Shown: piece after piece, positions 9,180-17,282 of the stretch
Layout of the letters: each line of letters begins with the position of its first letter
How positions within the stretch are numbered: the first letter of the stretch is position 1
From: Candidatus Rifleibacteriota bacterium
GTDB taxonomy: Bacteria; Muiribacteriota; Ozemobacteria; Ozemobacterales; Ozemobacteraceae
DNA length: 25,374 bases
Reading direction: 5' to 3'
Assembly (NCBI GenBank): GCA_051747585.1
Contig: JBNJGH010000044.1
Span: 1 to 25,374 of the forward strand
The notes under the pieces: model-generated
Database searches by the model: none
The model's input: only the letters and a program-made list of their open reading frames with translations
What the model was told of the DNA's origin: nothing
Program-made: the position numbers and the translations under genes

Positions 9180-9685
9180 TGAATAATTCTATAGAATTCA
9201 AAATTATAGGTATAGTTCATTCAAGATTCACGCAGCAAAAGGGCACACCTATCCAGGGCAAAATGGCACCGGAAGAAACTGGTGAAATTGAAATTTTTCC
9301 CGATTATGCACCCGGCCTCAAAGATCTTGAAGGTTTTGACTACGTTTACGTATTTTTTAAATTTGATCGAGCCGACAAGAAAAAACTACTGGTAAGACCC
9401 TATCTCGACGAAGTAGAGCGAGGTGTTTTTGCAACCAGATCTCCTTTAAGACCGAATCCGTTGGGCATGACAATCGTAAAACTTGATAAAATCGTCGAAA
9501 ACAAAATGTTTGTCAGCGGGGTAGATATTTTAGACAATAGCCCTGTAATTGATATTAAGCCCTATATTCCCGATTTTGATCATAATCATCCGGAAAAAAC
9601 CGGCTGGTATGCAGACAAAAAAAATACCAGCAAAAAAGTGCTGGCTGACAACAGATTTGCAGAAAACAACAAAAAAGAAAAATGA
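9176..9685 (+). CDS. tsaA: tRNA t6A37 N6-methyltransferase TsaA/TrmO family (N-terminal domain only)
   Basis: IGIVHSRF, TPIQG, GLKDLEGF, GVFATRSPLRPNPLG, GVDILDNSPVIDIKPY; ATGA overlap with the upstream gene. Confidence 0.9.
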   Translation: MMNNSIEFKIIGIVHSRFTQQKGTPIQGKMAPEETGEIEIFPDYAPGLKDLEGFDYVYVFFKFDRADKKKLLVRPYLDEVERGVFATRSPLRPNPLGMTIVKLDKIVENKMFVSGVDILDNSPVIDIKPYIPDFDHNHPEKTGWYADKKNTSKKVLADNRFAENNKKEK

Positions 9686-10209
9686 ACTACAGCAAAAAAG
9701 TAATAGAACACTTTCAAAATCCGCAAAAAGTTGGTTTCATAGATGAGTATCACGGCATAGGCAAGATCGGTGACCCGGGCTGCGGAGATTTTGTTGAAAT
9801 AACAATACAGGTATCCGAAGACAACCAGATACTCGAAAAAGTTCGCTACCGAATAAAGGGTTGTCCGGCTGCTATTGCTTCGACAAGCATAACGGCGGAA
9901 ATAGCCGAAGGCATGACAATTGAACTGGCCCTGCAGCTTAAAGACCAGGATATTGTTGAAGCCCTGGACGGACTTCCCGAAAGCAAGCAACATTGTTCTC
10001 TTTTAGCTGTAAGAGGCCTACAGCTTGCCATTCAGGATGCTATTCTAAAACGACTTTTCAAAAAAGCAGGCATAGTTTCTTCTGATAAAGAGTTTGAGAA
10101 ACTAAAACAAGAAGGCAAGCTGAATCAGTATCTTGGTGCATGCTCAGACAGCATTGATCATCAATGTGACGGCAGCTGTGAAACCATGGTTCCCGGTCAG
10201 CAAAATTGA
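9682..10209 (+). CDS. iscU: IscU/NifU_N-type Fe-S cluster scaffold with a Cys-containing C-terminal extension
   Basis: YSKKVIEHFQNP and three scaffold cysteines in PGCGD, GCPAAIAS and KQHCS; ATGA overlap with tsaA. Confidence 0.88.
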   Translation: MNYSKKVIEHFQNPQKVGFIDEYHGIGKIGDPGCGDFVEITIQVSEDNQILEKVRYRIKGCPAAIASTSITAEIAEGMTIELALQLKDQDIVEALDGLPESKQHCSLLAVRGLQLAIQDAILKRLFKKAGIVSSDKEFEKLKQEGKLNQYLGACSDSIDHQCDGSCETMVPGQQN

Positions 10210-10333
10210 CAAAAAACAAGGACTGCCCTACAAAAATATTTTGATTTAAACCTAAAGTCTTTTATAAAAAGACTTCTGGCAACAAAATAGCAATAGAGCA
10301 GCCCATATTTTAAGCTTTTACAGTTGAAAAAAC

Positions 10334-10495
10334 CTATTCAACTTTTTCGAACTGATCTTTTCCTACGCCACAAGCCGGACAAACCCAATCTTCAGGCAGG
10401 TCTTCAAAAGAAGTTCCCGGAGCAACTCCGTTGTCAGGATCGCCTGCAGCAGGATCATACTCGTAACCACAAACTGTACATACATATTTAGCCAT
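10334..10495 (-). CDS. rubredoxin, 53 aa
   Basis: Manual translation [53 protein letters not shown] has two CxxCG knuckles; RBS GGAGG. Too short for the ORF track. Confidence 0.97.
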   Translation of the reverse strand: MAKYVCTVCGYEYDPAAGDPDNGVAPGTSFEDLPEDWVCPACGVGKDQFEKVE

Positions 10496-10515
10496 TTGTT
10501 TTCCTCCACTATTTA

Positions 10516-11037
10516 TTAATAAGACTCTGCAATATTTTGCAAAATCTTAATTTCTTCAGGTTCCAGCCATTGATCGATAAAAAAAACGTGATATTTTTTG
10601 TCGTCGATAAAAGCAGAGCCAAAAACTTTCTCCTCATTTTGACAAGCCTCTTCGGGTAATCGCTGCAAAATTCCATCCCTGAGACGCGATTCTATGCGAT
10701 CTGCGACAACTGCGACATAAGAGCCCGGCTTTAAAGTAAAAACAAGAAGCCGCGAATCATCTTCGATAAGGTAGTCTTCAGGTAGGCCAAGTCTTTCGCG
10801 CAAATTAATAACCGGAACAACTGTTCCCCTGATGTTAACAACACCCATAACAAATTCTGACTCTTGCATTACACTGATAAGAGAACCTGGAATAAGAATT
10901 TCTGTAATATCTACGGCAGGAACAGCATATTCTTTTGCGCCAAAAGCAAAGACAAAAAATTTCTCGACCCGACCATTGCCCTGGTTCAGTTTAGTTTTTT
11001 CTGCAATTCTTCTTATAAGCGGTAAAATATGAGACAT
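10516..11037 (-). CDS. cheW: CheW-family chemotaxis adaptor
   Basis: [14 protein letters not shown]...[29 protein letters not shown] and VAVVADRI are CheW signatures. Confidence 0.88.
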   Translation of the reverse strand: MSHILPLIRRIAEKTKLNQGNGRVEKFFVFAFGAKEYAVPAVDITEILIPGSLISVMQESEFVMGVVNIRGTVVPVINLRERLGLPEDYLIEDDSRLLVFTLKPGSYVAVVADRIESRLRDGILQRLPEEACQNEEKVFGSAFIDDKKYHVFFIDQWLEPEEIKILQNIAESY

Positions 11038-11124
11038 TGTCTGCTCCGGATTTATCTTGTTGAATTATGTTTATAACTTATTTAGACGGCAGGTTCAAGG
11101 CATATCGTGCTGGTCACGATTATA

Positions 11125-11272
11125 ATTTGACGCGGCATGGTGTGGGGTAAGAACTATCGCTTGTCGGATTCGATATTGCTTATCGAAGAATTATGAATCT
11201 GAACCCCTCATTCGATCCCGAGTCCCGATACCGATAGCGATACAGGGATTTAATGCGGTCTGGTGTGAGGTA
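11125..11272. repeat. degenerate inverted repeat of CGATNN hexamers flanked by 25-nt direct repeats
   Basis: Direct repeats 11125-11149 and 11248-11272 (20/25 identical); imperfect IR 11155-11187/11211-11242. Confidence 0.55.
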
Positions 11273-11424
11273 TATTCTTTTTTTTTGAAGCAGACTGATA
11301 ATCAATGATCGAGAATAGATACGAAAATTGTTACAGGTTCCCTTATGTTTTATAATTCTGTTAGAATAAAAGTATAAGCAGTTGACAAAATTAGTCTTAA
11401 CAATATTCAAGGGACTTTTCCTGC

Positions 11425-12870
11425 ATGATTAACCTGAGCAAACTACTCGAATGGATATCCGGCACCCGTAAAGCAGAAAACAAAGATGCAGCAGATTTAA
11501 AAGAAGCAGAAAGAAGAAGATTTCAACGTCTACAACTTCACAACTGCAAAGTTTTTATAGGTGAGCAGGGGCCTTTTCCAATTTTAAATCTAAGCTACGG
11601 CGGAATGCGCCTGGACCTTAGCAATTACAAGCCAACAGCCGCCCTTAAGACCGGTCAGAAACTGAACTGCAGTATTTTTCTCGAGAAGCTTTTAATCGAT
11701 AATGAAACAACTCTGAGAAATCTTAGCAACAATATTGCCGGCTGCTCATTTTCGCCACTTTCAATTACAGAATCGCGCATGCTTAAAGATTTTATCAAAC
11801 CCAGAATATTGGGCTGTTCTTTACGCGAAATAGAAAATGCCAAGCTTAAAAATGACAACCCGGATCTGAATATGCGCTGGTTTCAGGGCAAAGACGGCAC
11901 CCAGTTTTTTCTATGGCAAACCCTGGAAGGCAGAAATGTAATGCAGGAATTTTATTTTCTTGATTACTTTATCAGCTGGAAGCAGGCAGAAAAAGAGCTT
12001 AAAACCGGACTGGTAAGAAAAGAAAGCCGGGGAGGATTTGGCCGCATAAGCCCGGATTCAATAGTTTTTTTTAACATACCCTCTTACCGTGCTTTAAAAC
12101 TCGGCAAAATCATACTTGAAATATCGCAGGTTCCAGATGAAGCCAAAAAGAACCTGATACAAAAGATTTTAGGAGAAGAAAAAAGACTATATCACCGCTA
12201 TCTGGTTAAAGAAAAAGGAATTTCCTTTATAACAGAGGGTTTTGAACAGAAAAATTTTCCGGTAATTAACCTAAGTTTAAATGGTATTGCATTGCTGTGC
12301 AACGATCCTGAACAGGTTACTAAACTGAGCCAGAATAACAAGTTGCCCGGAAAACTGATTTTACCCGAAACCTCGATACAAATTGCAATTCAACCGGCTT
12401 ATTTTGAAAACAATTGTATGGGCGGGACCTTCAGGGCACAAAATACAAATGATATAGAAAAATATTCAAAATTTTTAGCCCCACGCCTGCTCGGGCAATA
12501 TCTAGAATTGGTTCCCGCACCGGTAGAAACGCCGCCTTTCGCACCTGCCGGCTCACAAAGTTCTTTAATGACCGGACTGCACAACACCCACGTTCTTACC
12601 TTGCTTTCACCGGATAAAAAATTGATATCTGGTAGAATCGCCTTTATGCAGACCATACTCAGATATGACAACAATAAATTGCAGGAATTTGAAAGTCCCA
12701 AAGGCTTTGTTTTTCCTGGCGACTGGGATTTGCCTTCATTTCTACTCAACAAACAACTAAATACCCAACAAACGACACTTGAGTTCTGCCTTGAAATGGT
12801 TGAATCTGGCGAACTTGACTTGAGCATAAAAAAAGCATGGATCGAAGTACTCAAGAATAAAAATTGCTGA
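11425..12870 (+). CDS. protein with two PilZ-like domains
   Basis: RRFQR...NLSYGG and RLYHR...NLSLNG fit the RxxxR and D/NxSxxG c-di-GMP-binding motifs. Confidence 0.75.
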   Translation: MINLSKLLEWISGTRKAENKDAADLKEAERRRFQRLQLHNCKVFIGEQGPFPILNLSYGGMRLDLSNYKPTAALKTGQKLNCSIFLEKLLIDNETTLRNLSNNIAGCSFSPLSITESRMLKDFIKPRILGCSLREIENAKLKNDNPDLNMRWFQGKDGTQFFLWQTLEGRNVMQEFYFLDYFISWKQAEKELKTGLVRKESRGGFGRISPDSIVFFNIPSYRALKLGKIILEISQVPDEAKKNLIQKILGEEKRLYHRYLVKEKGISFITEGFEQKNFPVINLSLNGIALLCNDPEQVTKLSQNNKLPGKLILPETSIQIAIQPAYFENNCMGGTFRAQNTNDIEKYSKFLAPRLLGQYLELVPAPVETPPFAPAGSQSSLMTGLHNTHVLTLLSPDKKLISGRIAFMQTILRYDNNKLQEFESPKGFVFPGDWDLPSFLLNKQLNTQQTTLEFCLEMVESGELDLSIKKAWIEVLKNKNC

Positions 12871-12928
12871 CAACAAAATATGGTGCTATTCTTAACATGA
12901 AATTAAGACCAGAACAGGAGATATACCA

Positions 12929-13657
12929 ATGCCAAGACATGATGGGCGCTCACAAAACCAGTTAAGAGAAATTCAAATACAAACAGGTTATCTTAAATAT
13001 CCACATGGCTCAGTTCTTATAAGCTTTGGAGACACAAAAGTTCTTTGCACAGTTCAGGTCGAAGAAAAAGTTCCGCCCTTTATTGAAAATCGGGAAATAC
13101 CACAGGGCTGGATTACAGCCGAATATGCTCTTATGCCGGCTTCAGGCCTTTCAAGAAACGCGAGAGCCGGCTATGGCAAAACAACAGTTAAAGGCCGGGT
13201 GCATGAAATTCAAAGATTGATCGGCAGATCTTTACGATGCGCAATAGATCTAGAAAAACTTGGTCCAAGAACCCTGATGATAGATTGCGATGTTTTACAA
13301 GCCGACGGAGGAACAAGAACCGCATCGATTACAGGTGCCATGGTTGCGCTTGAAATAGCTGTACAAAAATTAATTAGAGAAAGCAAGCTCGAGCAAAATC
13401 CTATTATAAATAGAATCGCCGCAGTAAGCATTGGACTGGTAGATGGTGAACCATGCCTTGACCTCGATTATGTTGAAGATTCAAGAGCAGATACCGATTT
13501 AAATCTGGTTATGAGCCGAAAGGGCGGTTTTATTGAAATACAGGGAACAGGCGAAGAAGCAACCTTTTCGCGTAAAGAGCTGAATCAAATGCTGGATTTA
13601 GGGCAAGAAGGCATAGAAAAACTTTTTGAATATCAAGATAAGGCGCTGAACAAGTAA
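12929..13657 (+). CDS. rph: ribonuclease PH
   Basis: RHDGR..QLR, GWITAEYALMP, EIQRLIGRSLR, IDCDVLQADGGTRTASITG, EIQGTGE; RBS AGGAG. Confidence 0.98.
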   Translation: MPRHDGRSQNQLREIQIQTGYLKYPHGSVLISFGDTKVLCTVQVEEKVPPFIENREIPQGWITAEYALMPASGLSRNARAGYGKTTVKGRVHEIQRLIGRSLRCAIDLEKLGPRTLMIDCDVLQADGGTRTASITGAMVALEIAVQKLIRESKLEQNPIINRIAAVSIGLVDGEPCLDLDYVEDSRADTDLNLVMSRKGGFIEIQGTGEEATFSRKELNQMLDLGQEGIEKLFEYQDKALNK

Positions 13658-14265
13658 TGAAAACCTTATGGGTGGCCACAGGCAATCTGCACAAACTCGA
13701 AGAAATTAAAACAATTCTGGGCCCCAGTTATAAATTAAAAAGCCTGAAAGATTTACCTGAGCCTTTAGAAATAGAAGAAAACGGCAGCACCTATCTTGAA
13801 AACGCTGAAATCAAAGCCAGAACAATCTTCGAGCGTGTTCGCGAGCCGGTTTTCGCCGACGACTCAGGGCTTGAGGTAGATGCTCTTAACGGCGAACCCG
13901 GTATTCATTCGGCCAGGTTTTCAGGGCCTGACACCAATCATGAGCGAAATATAGCAAAACTGTTAAAAAATCTCGAAGGCGTTCCCCGGGAAAAAAGAAC
14001 CGCCAGATTTCGCTGTATTCTCGTTTATATTGATGAAACAGGTGCCAGCAAATCTTTTGAAGGAGTTTTTCCCGGCTATATTGGTTTTCAAAAAAGCGGT
14101 TCAGGAGGCTTTGGCTACGACCCGGTATTCTACTTAAGCCAGAACAATCTTTCAGTAGCTCAAATTCCACCAGATGAAAAAAACAGAATCAGCCATCGCG
14201 GACGTGCAGTAGCAAAACTGAAACAATTCTTCGAAACACGCAATATTGGCCAAGCAAATCAGTAA
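13657..14265 (+). CDS. rdgB: non-canonical purine NTP pyrophosphatase (RdgB/HAM1)
   Basis: ATGNLHKLEE, ENAEIKA, ADDSGLEVDALNGEPGIHSARF, GFGYDPVF, KNRISHRGRA; TAATG overlap with rph, the usual gene pair. Confidence 0.97.
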   Translation: MKTLWVATGNLHKLEEIKTILGPSYKLKSLKDLPEPLEIEENGSTYLENAEIKARTIFERVREPVFADDSGLEVDALNGEPGIHSARFSGPDTNHERNIAKLLKNLEGVPREKRTARFRCILVYIDETGASKSFEGVFPGYIGFQKSGSGGFGYDPVFYLSQNNLSVAQIPPDEKNRISHRGRAVAKLKQFFETRNIGQANQ

Positions 14266-14283
14266 AAGGAGTACAAACTTAAG

Positions 14284-14739
14284 ATGGGTTTTATTAGAGG
14301 AAAAGTTCAAAAGGGACGAGGCGAATCAAAAAACACCGTTCACGAACAAATGCCTTTTTTCAAAGAAGTTTTTCCTGAAATCGGCAACTGCAAAGAAGCT
14401 ACCATTAACATTCTTCTAGACAAACCCCTGGTAATAATCAGCCCGGATTTTACGACCGAACCTCTTCCCTGGCATCCTGCTTTTAAAATAGTCAAAGGTG
14501 GCGAAGTCTTTAAATTTCTTCGCATCAAATTAACAATCAATGACTTTGAACCAGTCGATGCCTGGATATATAGAGCACAGTTTTCACCCTATCAAGACAA
14601 CCCTTATTACGTCGAGGTTCTTGCACCTGAAATTCATTTTCACGGCACTCCGGGGTGCAAAATTGAAGTTAAAAGCAACTGCTTTGAAGGCCTGGTTGTA
14701 ATCGGAGATTCAGAAAGATATTGCAATAACTGCGAGTAA
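14284..14739 (+). CDS. hypothetical protein resembling the CTP-dependent riboflavin kinase (RibK) fold
   Basis: RBS AAGGAG; IRGKVQKGRGE, ATINI and VEVLAP parallel the RibK motifs GxVxSGxGEG, GTLNV and IEIIAP. Confidence 0.6.
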   Translation: MGFIRGKVQKGRGESKNTVHEQMPFFKEVFPEIGNCKEATINILLDKPLVIISPDFTTEPLPWHPAFKIVKGGEVFKFLRIKLTINDFEPVDAWIYRAQFSPYQDNPYYVEVLAPEIHFHGTPGCKIEVKSNCFEGLVVIGDSERYCNNCE

Positions 14740-14749
14740 ACCCGAAAAA

Positions 14750-15631
14750 GTGAAACTTCAAAAGATTACCAACAGCTTCAGCATCATTACCGGCCCGGTA
14801 AATATAGGGGTTATCCTGCTTGAAAAGAGTCGGGTAGCTCTGATCGACTCAGGCTTGCACAGTAATTATGGCGCTAAAGTTTATGAACTGCTCTCGGATT
14901 ACAGGTTCAAAATATCTTATATATTAAATTCCCATGCCCATGCTGATCATATAGGCGGCAATGCGTACATTCAAAAAAAGACAGGCTGCCAGATTTTCGC
15001 TTCACAGCTGGAAGCCCCTTTAATCAGACAGCCCCTGATTCAAGCTGCCGTATTGTTTGCCGGTCCTCCCATTCCTGACCTGACAAACAAATTCATCATG
15101 GCTGAGCCCAGCAAAGTGGAAATTCTTAACAACAACCAATGCCTGCTCAAAGAGCTTGAAATCGAGACAATCGAGCTTGCCGGGCATTCTATTAACCAGA
15201 AAGGGTTTAAAATCGGCAATGTTGCTTTTGTTGCCGACGCCATTTTTCCCGAAAGCTTTTTTAAAAAGCAGCGTCTCCCCTTCGTTTACGACCCTTTTGC
15301 CCAGCTGGACACCCTCGAAACTCTGAGAAATACAGAGGCTGAAATCTTCACGGGCGGGCATTTTGCTCCAACATCGAGCATTGGCGCGATGATTGAAACC
15401 AATTTCAGCAGCATCAGAAGTGGCCTTTCATTTATGAGAAAGCTTTTGCAGATTCCACAGCCTCAAGATAGAATAATAAAAGCCTTTATGGATCACTTCA
15501 AATTAAGAAAAACCGGCTGGGAGCATTTTCTCTACAGAACAATGGTAAATGGTTATCTATCTGCCCTTTACAAGCATAAAGAAATAAACTTCAGAATAAT
15601 GGATAATTTACTGGTCTGGTATGCGACTTAA
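14750..15631 (+). CDS. MBL-fold metallo-hydrolase
   Basis: LIDSG, NSHAHADHIGG (HxHxDH), AGHS, VADA, GGH; GTG start. Confidence 0.9.
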   Translation: MKLQKITNSFSIITGPVNIGVILLEKSRVALIDSGLHSNYGAKVYELLSDYRFKISYILNSHAHADHIGGNAYIQKKTGCQIFASQLEAPLIRQPLIQAAVLFAGPPIPDLTNKFIMAEPSKVEILNNNQCLLKELEIETIELAGHSINQKGFKIGNVAFVADAIFPESFFKKQRLPFVYDPFAQLDTLETLRNTEAEIFTGGHFAPTSSIGAMIETNFSSIRSGLSFMRKLLQIPQPQDRIIKAFMDHFKLRKTGWEHFLYRTMVNGYLSALYKHKEINFRIMDNLLVWYAT

Positions 15632-15995
15632 AAAAATTTTAATTTTTATAATTTTCATCGGTGTAACTAATGCCATATTGTCTCAGGATTCATCGAGATG
15701 GATAAGGTTTCCGAGACACGAACAACCCTTAATTACCCGACAAGAATTATCATCAGAAGCCCTTGGCGGCAAAACCCTCGAGTTCAAGTTCGAAACGGTA
15801 CCGGTAAAGCCCTTACTGAGAACCATCAACAAATACTTTCCCGAGCTTGTTCCTCAGGCCACCTTAACGATAGAAATTATGGACACGGGAAAGGAAACTA
15901 TGTTCCTGGAAAAGCTGCAGCTTGAAGCTGAAAAATATAACGCAACCGCCAGCGACACAATTGCAAGCGAAACAGATCCTGAAACTTTGTTTTGA
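15621..15995 (+). CDS. hypothetical secreted protein
   Basis: Signal-peptide-like MRLKKILIFIIFIGVTNAILS; overlaps the MBL stop by 11 nt and fills the gap to the next gene. Confidence 0.7.
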   Translation: MRLKKILIFIIFIGVTNAILSQDSSRWIRFPRHEQPLITRQELSSEALGGKTLEFKFETVPVKPLLRTINKYFPELVPQATLTIEIMDTGKETMFLEKLQLEAEKYNATASDTIASETDPETLF

Positions 15996-16046
15996 GAATA
16001 TTGAGTATGCAAAGGCAATCTGGTAAAATATAAAGGGTACAAAATC

Positions 16047-17195
16047 ATGGGCGCAAACAAAATATATAAAGTTATTATTCCTTACACCGAATCGGCAAAT
16101 CCACGCAAAAAATTCAAAATTGAATACAGCGTCGATGCCACAAATCGGGAATCTGCCCTGAAAATAGCGGAAAGGGAATTCGCATCCTACACCGACTACA
16201 ACAGCGCTTCATGGGTTCGAATGATAGAGCGGGAAGGCATCAGGATATGGAAAATTTTGCCCGACATGCCGCAGACTCCTGCCCATATTGACGAGCTTGC
16301 CGCCAAATTGTCATCAGACGACGATGACGTACTTTACAACTGCCTCAAAGTTTTAGGGGAATTAGAAGACTCAAGCCCGGGCGACGAAATAATAAAACTT
16401 TTTTCCCATAGAAATCCTGAAATAGTTGCCCTGGCAGTTGAAACTCTTGGCAAAATTGGTGATCCAAGCAATCTCGGGGCAATAATGAATTTTTATCACC
16501 CCGACCGACATCCCAGAATCCGTGCCTGTATTGTCACTGCAGTGGGCAGAATTGCGCTGCCAGATGACGACGTGCTTGATTTTATAGCCCATGCTCTGGT
16601 TGATTCAGACTCAAGAGTAAGAGCAAATGCGGTAGAAGCCCTGGAGCTACTTGATATCGGAGACACAGCAAAACTACTGCTACCAATGCTTAAAGATGAA
16701 GACAACAGAGTAAGGGCAAATGTTATAAAAGCTTTATGGAACAAAGACGATCAAAACAAACTGCTTAACACCCTCAAAGAAATGGCTCAAAACGATAACC
16801 CATGGATGAAAGCATCGAGCATTTTTGTTCTTGATAAAGTAAGAGTCCCCGGACGCATAGAACTTCTGGCAAGCATGTGCTACGACGAACACCCCAAAAT
16901 AAGAGAGAATGCAAGGTCGGCTCTTTTTAGAATAAACAGTCTGGATTGTCTTCCATACTGGCTTGAACTTATCTCCAACGATGATGAATTTTCAACAGTG
17001 GCCGACAAAGTACTGTCTTTTGGCGAAAAATCAATAAGCCCTTTATTGAGCTTCAAGGGTACTACACCTGAAAGTCGAAAACACGCTTCTAATATACTCG
17101 ACATGCTCGAGCAACAAATATTGAAAAATTCAGGCTGGATAACCTGGCTCAAAACCAAGCAAAAAAGGCTCTTCAAACCAACAGACGATAATTAA
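16047..17195 (+). CDS. HEAT (PBS-lyase-like) repeat protein with a small N-terminal alpha/beta domain
   Basis: Repeats DSDSRVRANAVEAL, DEDNRVRANVIKAL, DEHPKIRENARSAL and HPRIRACIVTAVGRI. Confidence 0.85.
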   Translation: MGANKIYKVIIPYTESANPRKKFKIEYSVDATNRESALKIAEREFASYTDYNSASWVRMIEREGIRIWKILPDMPQTPAHIDELAAKLSSDDDDVLYNCLKVLGELEDSSPGDEIIKLFSHRNPEIVALAVETLGKIGDPSNLGAIMNFYHPDRHPRIRACIVTAVGRIALPDDDVLDFIAHALVDSDSRVRANAVEALELLDIGDTAKLLLPMLKDEDNRVRANVIKALWNKDDQNKLLNTLKEMAQNDNPWMKASSIFVLDKVRVPGRIELLASMCYDEHPKIRENARSALFRINSLDCLPYWLELISNDDEFSTVADKVLSFGEKSISPLLSFKGTTPESRKHASNILDMLEQQILKNSGWITWLKTKQKRLFKPTDDN

Positions 17196-17282
17196 TTCCA
17201 TGTTTGATTAACCCCCTTATTTGTGTTAGCATAGCAGCCTGATTTAGTGTGTTATTTTAATTTTTTATACAGGCATGGGATT

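Noticed and set aside
10255..10275. 9-bp hairpin AAGTCTTTT/AAAAGACTT as a bidirectional terminator
   Set aside because: The position is plausible, but the stem is AT-rich and lacks a U-tract, so it is too weak to call.
11125..11272. Minimal CRISPR array
   Set aside because: Only two degenerate repeats about 98 nt apart, not palindromic, and no cas genes.
11180..11410. 76-aa minus-strand ORF with YRYRYRD
   Set aside because: Artefact of the CGATAC hexamer repeats; no supporting RBS.
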